DNA of 64,000 bases from NCBI GenBank assembly GCA_044226285.1, contig JBGAHI010000004.1:154731-218730 (forward strand), given 5' to 3'. The notes under the pieces are model-generated. The model searched no databases and had not been told where the DNA came from. It saw nothing but the letters and a program-made list of their open reading frames with translations. The stretch's first letter is position 1, and each line of letters begins with the position of its first letter. The position numbers and the translations under genes are program-made. The stretch comes from Chitinophagales bacterium. GTDB taxonomy: Bacteria; Bacteroidota; Bacteroidia; Chitinophagales; LD1. Below, in pieces: positions 49,412-57,159 of the stretch.

Positions 49412-50248
49412 ATGAATGAGGAGTCGAACCATCCAAAACCAGTTCAAATAATAACAGCTGATCCATTCACTTTAGCACAATATTGGAAGCTAATGAAAAA
49501 GCATCGTAGTTTGATTTGGGTATTTGCACTGCAAGAAATCAGAACTATGTATGCGCAAACATACTTAGGCATCGTTTGGGCTGTGGTTCGTCCGTTGGTT
49601 TCGCTTATAATTTTCACGATTATTTTTAGTTACTTTCTAAAGGTGAAAACAGCTACACCCTATTATCTGTTCGCTTTTACAGGGATGATTGCATGGAATC
49701 TGTTCTCTCAATTAACTACTCAAGCTTCTTCGGCCATACTTCAAAAACAATATCTTATACGAAAACTATTTTTCCCAAAAATGGTGCTTTTTCTTTCAAA
49801 AGTCATCATTGTTTTAATAGAATTTGGGGTATCGCTCTCCCTTTTACTGGTATTTCTACTTTTTGACAATGTGCCATTTGGTATACATCTCTTGGCTTTA
49901 CCTGCATTTTTATTGTTAGACATTATTTTAGGTTTAACTATTGCATTGTGGATGAGCTCATTTACCATTCGTTTTAGAGATTTAAACCAACTATTACCCA
50001 CTATTATTGGAATTGGTATTTGGGTAACGCCAGTGTTCTTTCCGTCAACAATTATTCCGGAGAAATACAACTTCTTTGTATTCGCTAATCCCATGGGAGG
50101 GATAATAAAGGGTTTCCGATATGCACTTTTAGGCGAACCATTCCCGGAACTTGCCTATTGGTGGGCAATTCTTGTTGTTATTGTGTTGTTTTTTGTAGGT
50201 GTTTGGTATTTTATCCAAAAAGAAGACAATATCGTTGACTATGTATAG
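49412..50248 (+). CDS. ABC-2 type transporter permease (Wzm/TagG/KpsM-like polysaccharide exporter subunit)
   Basis: LIWVFALQEIRTMYAQTYLGIVWAVVRPL is the typical ABC-2 N-terminal block, and there are 6 TM helices. The ATG at 49412 is preferred over the TTG at 49406. No ATPase gene is adjacent. Confidence 0.8.
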   Translation: MNEESNHPKPVQIITADPFTLAQYWKLMKKHRSLIWVFALQEIRTMYAQTYLGIVWAVVRPLVSLIIFTIIFSYFLKVKTATPYYLFAFTGMIAWNLFSQLTTQASSAILQKQYLIRKLFFPKMVLFLSKVIIVLIEFGVSLSLLLVFLLFDNVPFGIHLLALPAFLLLDIILGLTIALWMSSFTIRFRDLNQLLPTIIGIGIWVTPVFFPSTIIPEKYNFFVFANPMGGIIKGFRYALLGEPFPELAYWWAILVVIVLFFVGVWYFIQKEDNIVDYV

Positions 50249-50311
50249 TTTTTGTATTACTCAGAATCATTTACCGGTAAGCTTAATGGCTAGAAACAAT
50301 GTCTCAATCCT

Positions 50312-51193
50312 ATGCAAGTAGAATACCAAATCGGAGATCAAACTATCTTCCTAAACCTAAAAGGTGAGGTAGTACAAGGTGAAGAAAAAACTCTTCTTCA
50401 GGATGACGATAATTTATTGGCACATACCCCATCGGGAGAAACCGGATTTATTGTCGCTCCTTTTTTAACTGCTAAAGAGTTTGATAGTATTTATTCGGGA
50501 ATAACGTCAATGGTAAAGGCTTTGATTCGAAAAGTAAAAGGGGAAATAGATGATGATTTTTGTCTTGAACATTATCACCACTATGTAACAGATAGTGAAC
50601 ACTTACAAATAGCAAAACTAATACAGTATGGATGGAATGTAAGTGAATTCCCTATCGATTTTAGAAAAGTGGAGGAGCGAATTTCTACCATTATTGGAAT
50701 TGATGTTACCGCTGAGGCTCACCACTTAAACCCTGAATCGTTTATATCAGGATTATATGCGAACGACAAAAAAGTACAAATCTTTAACTTAAGGATAGTG
50801 AGACCCCAAAAACTACTCGACAGTAATCCGCCACACCGAGATGTATGGATTGATCGATTGAGAAATGCTATAAATATTTATTGCCCTATTTGTGGAAGCA
50901 CAGCTAAGAGTTCGCTTCCGCTCATTCCTTATAGTCATCATTTCAAAGAATCGGAAATCGAAAGAACTTCTAATGGAGCAACCCTAAACGGCACAAGTTA
51001 TTCTGTTCCATGTGTTACACTTTTACAAGGTAAGCCGCCACATCTAATACGACCTAATCCAAAACAAAATGAACTATTACTTTTTTCTCCATATCTAATT
51101 CATGGAGGTGGTTATAACTTTGAGGAAGAAGTAACCAGAGTTTCGCTTGAGATTAGGTTTTGGCGTTCGCCTGATATCTTACAACCCAAGTGA
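50312..51193 (+). CDS. Fe(II)/2-oxoglutarate oxygenase, PhyH-like
   Basis: H-x-D in PPHRDVW, SLPLIPYSHHF (like the vipGSH block), a distal His in YLIHGGGYN and Arg in RVSLEIRF. Confidence 0.6.
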   Translation: MQVEYQIGDQTIFLNLKGEVVQGEEKTLLQDDDNLLAHTPSGETGFIVAPFLTAKEFDSIYSGITSMVKALIRKVKGEIDDDFCLEHYHHYVTDSEHLQIAKLIQYGWNVSEFPIDFRKVEERISTIIGIDVTAEAHHLNPESFISGLYANDKKVQIFNLRIVRPQKLLDSNPPHRDVWIDRLRNAINIYCPICGSTAKSSLPLIPYSHHFKESEIERTSNGATLNGTSYSVPCVTLLQGKPPHLIRPNPKQNELLLFSPYLIHGGGYNFEEEVTRVSLEIRFWRSPDILQPK

Positions 51194-52126
51194 CGCACGC
51201 ACCTTATATCGGCCTTGATGCAGTAGTTTTCGTTGTGCTTTAAACAAAGAAAAATACAGGTACCCATAGATTACCAATACTACCAATACACTAAAGTTTA
51301 CCATTGCCAAAAAAAAATTGGTGTAGCAGCTGGAAGTATAATTCACAATATTTATAACTGCGCCAGTAAAGAGTATGAACAGCATAGAAGACGGAAGTAC
51401 AAATTGCCTTACTTTTTTTGACGAATATGTATATATCAGTTTTAATGCCCAAAGCCCTTGAATAATTAGTTGATGACCGGAAACCCCTGCATATCGGCTA
51501 TTGTGGGAAACAGAAACCCAATCTGTAGTATTAGCATGTGCATGTGCAATTCCGTCAATAAACACAATAGGGGGAAGAGATGAAGAAGTGTTGAATAACG
51601 CTCTTTTAAAAAGTCGAAATGGACTTCCCTGCATTGATGTTCCTAGGCATAAATGAAAGGCATGAAGTGCCATCCGACTGGCTACATTTCGCCAAAAGGA
51701 ATGCTTTCGGAGGACCGGGGTACCATAAATAATATCAGCATCTTGGAATTGTTGTTTCTCGATAAGCTTAGGGATATCTGAAGGAGAAAACTGAAGATCG
51801 TCATCTAATGTAATTATGAACTCCCCTTGTGCATGTTGAATACCACAAAAAATGGCAGTATGTTGACCTACGTTTGTTTGAAGCCGAACTGCTTTTATGT
51901 TTCCAATAGTTTTTGAAATGGTTTGAATATTCTCCCATGTATTGTCTGGGCTAGCATCGTCAACGATTATGATTTCAAAAGAATTTGTTGTCCGTGAAAG
52001 AACATCATAGACTTGTTGGTAGATACTATTCACAACGCATCCACTTTTGTATGCAGGTATAATTACAGAATATCCAATTATAGAATGGTGAAGCATTGTG
52101 TTAAAACACTTGATTTTATATAGCAA
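51179..52126 (-). CDS. GT2 polyprenyl-phosphate glycosyltransferase (ArnC/GtrB/DPM1-like)
   Basis: YSVIIPAYK...EIIIVDDASPDNT...ITLDDDLQ followed by two C-terminal TM helices, the architecture of undecaprenyl-phosphate sugar transferases. An alternative start (MLHHSII) lies at 52096. Confidence 0.75.
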   Translation of the reverse strand: MLYKIKCFNTMLHHSIIGYSVIIPAYKSGCVVNSIYQQVYDVLSRTTNSFEIIIVDDASPDNTWENIQTISKTIGNIKAVRLQTNVGQHTAIFCGIQHAQGEFIITLDDDLQFSPSDIPKLIEKQQFQDADIIYGTPVLRKHSFWRNVASRMALHAFHLCLGTSMQGSPFRLFKRALFNTSSSLPPIVFIDGIAHAHANTTDWVSVSHNSRYAGVSGHQLIIQGLWALKLIYTYSSKKVRQFVLPSSMLFILFTGAVINIVNYTSSCYTNFFLAMVNFSVLVVLVIYGYLYFSLFKAQRKLLHQGRYKVRASLGL

Positions 52127-52285
52127 AGAATATTTTAGCAGAGTATGCTTTGATAACCATTTAAGATAATAACATCAAGTAATCCTATCCGTATTTACAT
52201 ATCTTTAAGTTTAAAAAGCGAGACGTCACCCTGTCAACTATTTTTATTACCACATTTTCTTTACTTTTATCAAAAGTACATTTAA

Positions 52286-52996
52286 ATGATAATCTTCTCA
52301 ACTTTTGAAAGTAATTACTTTAAGTTAAACGTAGGAAGAGCTGTTTGTGATGCGCCAACCGATGTACTTGACATCATAAAAGAAGCTAAGAAAAAACAGT
52401 TTAATATCGTGCGTATCGAGTCGAAGTATAAAATCGATATGGAAGAATTATTCTACATCAGAACAATTAACGACTACAAACACAGTTACAAAACATCCGA
52501 TAATCCAATTGGACTGAATGTTAGAAAAATTCAAACAGAAGAAGATGCTATTTTTTTTGAAAAGGAGCTATACAACAATTATTTAGGCGATAGTTTAGGT
52601 TACATTAATCACCCTTCAGTGAGAGCCAAATATCCTTATTTAAACAAAGAATTAGAAGCTAAATGTTATGCCTCTTTCTTTCGAACCAACTTTACGCCCT
52701 CTAATGACAACAAAGGCACACTTCTCTTTTCACAAAATGAAGACTGTGTTGGCGGGTATATCTACGAAATTGTTGGCGATGGTGTTTATACTTCTGTTGC
52801 TTTTGTATTAGAAAAGTATAGAAAATCCGGCTTTTTTAAACAGTTTCATTTATACAGAGAAAACCTCTTTTTCGGAATGGGTATAAAGTACGGCTTTCAC
52901 GGTGGAAGAAGCGACAATATTTCTGTGAACAACTTTTATCTAGAAGAAGGCTATGAAATTATTGAACAAAGGCATATCTATGTTATGGCTCTCTAA
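52286..52996 (+). CDS. GNAT-like N-acetyltransferase (WecD/TDP-fucosamine acetyltransferase-like)
   Basis: The N-terminal FESNYFKLNVGR resembles the WecD W-x-x-x-FF-G-x-N start. The C-terminal half has a GNAT-like VAFVLEKYRKSGFFKQF block. The assignment is tentative. Confidence 0.45.
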   Translation: MIIFSTFESNYFKLNVGRAVCDAPTDVLDIIKEAKKKQFNIVRIESKYKIDMEELFYIRTINDYKHSYKTSDNPIGLNVRKIQTEEDAIFFEKELYNNYLGDSLGYINHPSVRAKYPYLNKELEAKCYASFFRTNFTPSNDNKGTLLFSQNEDCVGGYIYEIVGDGVYTSVAFVLEKYRKSGFFKQFHLYRENLFFGMGIKYGFHGGRSDNISVNNFYLEEGYEIIEQRHIYVMAL

Positions 52997-53082
52997 AAAA
53001 AATGGCATAAGATTACTATTAACGCTATTATTGATAAACAACATAACTTAGCGCTATTTAGCATAACTAAATTTCAAATGAA

Positions 53083-53814
53083 ATGAATCCAAAAGAACCT
53101 TTTTTTTACATTACAAAAAAGTGGTATACCGGCTCTGCACCTGCATTTTACAACAATAGTGAATTCCCTTTGACTAAACTCTTGGAGGATAATGCATCGA
53201 TAATCATTGAAGAGATTACACATTTTTACCAGACAAAACCTGAGCAATTAACTACTAATTTTGTACCCTACAATGTAGATGTAAAAGGATGGGATACGAT
53301 GGTATTATACTCGTCAGGCATTCTAAATAAACATTTTTTGCCTTTTTTACCAAAGACATGGGCACTAATAAAAGATTACCCTGGCTTGAGTTTGGCAATG
53401 GTATCTGTTCTTAAACCTGGGGTCAGGCTTAAGGCTCATTTTGGAGATACAGATGCGATGGTTCGAAATCATTTGGGTGTTGTAATTCCAGAACCTTACC
53501 CTAAAGTTGGAATGCGCATAAAAGCAGAGGAAAGGGCATGGGAAGTGGGTAAAGTATTGTCTTTTTGTGTTGTTAATAGGCATTACGCATGGAATTACTC
53601 TGATAAACCTCGTTTAATCTTAATGGTAGACTTTATTAAACCAGAGTTCCTTCACCGTAAAAAAGAAATAGAGGGGAAAATATTAGCTGCCGAAGGCATG
53701 AAACTTTTCGCCACCAAATTTCCCATAACAAAAAAGCTACCAAGATGGGTAACCATGTTTCTTTTGAATGTATTGGGGGTAGTCGCAAATTGGTATGTGA
53801 AGTTTTTTAAGTAA
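53083..53814 (+). CDS. Aspartyl/asparaginyl beta-hydroxylase family Fe(II)/2OG oxygenase (LpxO-like) with C-terminal TM helix
   Basis: LKPGVRLKAHFGDTDAMVRNHLGVVIPE matches the H.G...R.HL.L..P core of PF05118. The C-terminal hydrophobic segment is WVTMFLLNVLGVVANWYV. Confidence 0.7.
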   Translation: MNPKEPFFYITKKWYTGSAPAFYNNSEFPLTKLLEDNASIIIEEITHFYQTKPEQLTTNFVPYNVDVKGWDTMVLYSSGILNKHFLPFLPKTWALIKDYPGLSLAMVSVLKPGVRLKAHFGDTDAMVRNHLGVVIPEPYPKVGMRIKAEERAWEVGKVLSFCVVNRHYAWNYSDKPRLILMVDFIKPEFLHRKKEIEGKILAAEGMKLFATKFPITKKLPRWVTMFLLNVLGVVANWYVKFFK

Positions 53815-53818
53815 TATG

Positions 53819-55792
53819 TTATTTTGACTCCTTCGACACCATTATAAACCTGCCAAGTGTATCGAAATGGGTATAAGTATCGGCTAGATATGGTGGGATA
53901 CAGTAGTCCTTATACAAAGTATCGAGCAATAAATAATTAGGCTGTAGTTTTTGTATCATAGTAAGTACAACCTCCTTTTCGTTTTGCGCATTTTGAAAGC
54001 TATTGTAAAGATTACTTCGCTTAAAAAAAGTAAGACGAGGCAAGTCGCCATTTCCTGAAAAAGTATCCAAAGGAATCGTATTTAACCGATGAAATTCTGC
54101 GCCTGTTAGATAAGCTCTTAAATACGGTAGATGAGCCATAAAAATAGACTCTTGATACTTAAACTTGCAACTATCCGAAACCACAATACCAATATCGACT
54201 ATGTCGTTCTTTGATAACAATTGACGCCACTTTATAGCCTCCCCTTTACTCACTTGACTGCGATTTTTCCACTCGTCATCATAGCCTAAACTAAACCGCA
54301 TAAACCCCTTAATCCCATCATTATTGTTAACTTGTAAATACCTCTCGTATATTGCAACTATACTCATACCTACCAAAAATAATGCTCCGTAACGCATGAA
54401 AGATTTCTTGTTAAAAGCAGTAATAAAAAGACCTACGGAGCCAATAGGGGCTAAAAATGCAATCAAATAAATGGCCCAAATCTGCCTGCTATCTCCGCCT
54501 AAATGTGAATAAACAAGAGAGAAAACCAAAATTGCACTACACAATAATGCTAATTGTATACACACAAAAAAAGGAGACAACGAGTCTTTCTTCCAGCCAT
54601 AAAGACCGTATAAAAAAGGGATAAAAAACACTAAGGATGCAGTAGTGAGCAATATCTGTCGCACAACAATCTGCATAAAGGAGTAAGAAAATAAACTATT
54701 AGAAACTATTGCGTAGTTCCGTCCGTCTATTTGACTGTATATATATGGACTAATCGAAAAAAACAATGCGAAAAGCAACTGGGGGTACGTTAGTGGAATA
54801 TAAATAACTAACCCTCTCTTATTACTGGTAATAATTTTGATTCCGATAAGCCCTATCATCATAATGGGCATTATTAATGCAACAGACGGATGCCACACAG
54901 AAACCAATCCCAAGCCTACTAAACCGATAAAGTACAGCTCATTCAAAATGATGATATAGAAAAGTAACACGGAAACGGCTAATACTAAAAAAGTCGGGCA
55001 GTTAAAAAGAGTATCCTCTACACAAGCAGATTCCATTTTTCCGATACTGCTAAAGGCGGGTATAAACTGAAGACCTGCATACATAAAAACAAATACAGCT
55101 AAAGAAAATACCAAACCCGTTCGAGCGCCTAAAGTTGTTGTCGACATGACGCCTATCAATAAAAAAACAAATAATTGATGAAAAATAACTTTATAGACAA
55201 TCACATAGCTGTAATAGGGCATGACCCCAAAATAATAGCTATATAACCCGGCAAACCAAGCATCTGCAAAATGATGAAACCCTCTATTTTGGTCATTTTG
55301 AAACATAAATCGAGAAGTTTCTGCTATCCCTCTTTTATAAAACTCATATCCAAAACCTCCAGAGTTGGCATAATCCCAATTTCCGACTCTTATATTGTTT
55401 CCAACACGCAAATCTGCCCAGTTCATCTCAAACACTAATAAGGCTAATGATAAACCTATCGCTACTACCCATTGCATGGTAGGAATAGCTTTAATATCAC
55501 TCCATATTCCCTTTGGTTTTAACTGCCATAAGAAGGGTAAGAAAAACACAAAAGGAAGCAACATGGTATGCAACCCTGCATGAAAAATAGCCACAAGAGC
55601 AGTGCCTACTATGGCTCCCATAGCCATACGAGCACTCACATTACCCCAAGGTGTAGAAAGGCGGGGCGTAAAGAAAGAGCCTAGAAGATAAATGAAAGGA
55701 AAACTAAAAAATACAGCTAAAAAAATAGTAGGTTGAAAAGGCGAAAATAGGTCTTTCATAGGAGCAAAAATAACAGAGATAATCAAAATCAT
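53819..55792 (-). CDS. Large polytopic membrane protein with a C-terminal soluble domain (GT-C-like architecture; function unknown)
   Basis: Roughly 12-14 predicted TM helices over ~480 aa, then a ~170-aa hydrophilic domain. I recognise no catalytic motif. An alternative start (MKDLFSPF) lies at 55759. Confidence 0.5.
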   Translation of the reverse strand: MILIISVIFAPMKDLFSPFQPTIFLAVFFSFPFIYLLGSFFTPRLSTPWGNVSARMAMGAIVGTALVAIFHAGLHTMLLPFVFFLPFLWQLKPKGIWSDIKAIPTMQWVVAIGLSLALLVFEMNWADLRVGNNIRVGNWDYANSGGFGYEFYKRGIAETSRFMFQNDQNRGFHHFADAWFAGLYSYYFGVMPYYSYVIVYKVIFHQLFVFLLIGVMSTTTLGARTGLVFSLAVFVFMYAGLQFIPAFSSIGKMESACVEDTLFNCPTFLVLAVSVLLFYIIILNELYFIGLVGLGLVSVWHPSVALIMPIMMIGLIGIKIITSNKRGLVIYIPLTYPQLLFALFFSISPYIYSQIDGRNYAIVSNSLFSYSFMQIVVRQILLTTASLVFFIPFLYGLYGWKKDSLSPFFVCIQLALLCSAILVFSLVYSHLGGDSRQIWAIYLIAFLAPIGSVGLFITAFNKKSFMRYGALFLVGMSIVAIYERYLQVNNNDGIKGFMRFSLGYDDEWKNRSQVSKGEAIKWRQLLSKNDIVDIGIVVSDSCKFKYQESIFMAHLPYLRAYLTGAEFHRLNTIPLDTFSGNGDLPRLTFFKRSNLYNSFQNAQNEKEVVLTMIQKLQPNYLLLDTLYKDYCIPPYLADTYTHFDTLGRFIMVSKESK

Positions 55793-56035
55793 GCTTACTT
55801 CTGCTTTTTTGTTCAGCTGCTTGGCTTAAAAAAATGTTGCTAATAACTATTGTTTACGGGTTACAGAAGTTGCAATTTGAAACTTGCTATTACTTGTAAA
55901 AAAATGATAATTTGCAACGCTATGGAACTAAATATTGGCATAAGTTAAGCCGGCTTTTTACTAGCTGCATAGCCTAGTGTTTTTAATTTAAAAACTAGCA
56001 CAAATAGCATTGCATATCAGTTAAATGAACTAATT

Positions 56036-57106
56036 ATGAATAACCCTATTAAAAAGTCAAAAACAATACTGCTCGTATTTTTTTCAATATTGCTTGTAGT
56101 ATTTCTGACTGGAGAGATAGGGTTACGGCTAAAGGGATTTAAAATGATGAGACTCACCACCCAACCCAGAAGCCTCTTAACTGCTGATTCTGTTTCTGGA
56201 TGGAAACTAACTGAAGGAACATACACTATATGTTTTAATGACTCCAATTCTTTTTTTGTTGCCACTGTAAATCAAAAAGGGGATCGAATAACTTCTATGA
56301 ATGCGCAAAGCTATGATACGGGCAAAGTAACTACTATACAAATTTACGGTTGTTCTTGCACTTTTGGATTCTCGGTACCAGATAGTTCTACGCAAAGTTT
56401 TATATTACAAAGTAAACTTCCTAATTGTCGGATCCAAAATAAAGGAGTACCTGGATATGGACTTGCGCAAATGTTTTTGCATTTACAACAAGTGGTATCT
56501 AGCGGTGACACTCCTCAAGTAGCCGTTTTTAATTACGCAAATTTTCAAGAAAGACGAACGGCTCTTAGTACTGAATGGGGCAGTGTTATTTCCCTTTTAG
56601 TTGAAGCTGAACCGTCCGATAAAAAAGGCGCCAACAAATCAGGTAGACTTACGCTACCATACTATGATATAAAGCAAGATTCGCTTTGGTTACACTACTC
56701 TGATTTTAGTGAGTTAGAGCATCTTTGTCCGCTCGTAAATTACTCCTCTTTACTATTGCTTTCAAACATACAATATGTACAATATAAAGACCAAGAAAAA
56801 ACAAACGCTTTTCATGAAACAGCAACTAAAACAGCTTTTGAAATCATGAAGTATTGTAAAAGCCATAGAATTACACCAATTTTTGCAAGCTTAACAGAAT
56901 CAGAAGACAGTTCACAAATAGATGATATTTCATTAAAACTCAAGCAATCAGGGTATTTAACGCTTAATTACGGCATTACTTTTGATGACAATAGATATAA
57001 TAAACCATTATCAAGAGATAAATCACATCCTAATTCAACAGCACACGCAGTTTATGCCGATAAACTATACGCTTACCTAATGGAAAAAAAATTAATCCTT
57101 AAATAA
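56036..57106 (+). CDS. Membrane-anchored SGNH/GDSL-type hydrolase or acyltransferase
   Basis: N-terminal TM helix, block I-like IYGCSCTFG, and block V-like DKSHPNSTAH (D-x-x-H). Confidence 0.5.
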   Translation: MNNPIKKSKTILLVFFSILLVVFLTGEIGLRLKGFKMMRLTTQPRSLLTADSVSGWKLTEGTYTICFNDSNSFFVATVNQKGDRITSMNAQSYDTGKVTTIQIYGCSCTFGFSVPDSSTQSFILQSKLPNCRIQNKGVPGYGLAQMFLHLQQVVSSGDTPQVAVFNYANFQERRTALSTEWGSVISLLVEAEPSDKKGANKSGRLTLPYYDIKQDSLWLHYSDFSELEHLCPLVNYSSLLLLSNIQYVQYKDQEKTNAFHETATKTAFEIMKYCKSHRITPIFASLTESEDSSQIDDISLKLKQSGYLTLNYGITFDDNRYNKPLSRDKSHPNSTAHAVYADKLYAYLMEKKLILK

Positions 57107-57159
57107 CACGCACATTTTTTTTGAAAAGATTTTGTTTTAAAAAAAATCCATGTTTACAA

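Noticed and set aside
49250-49447. A 65-aa minus-strand ORF between the permease pseudogene and the intact permease
   Set aside because: It overlaps the start of the intact permease, and has a basic low-complexity composition with no motif.
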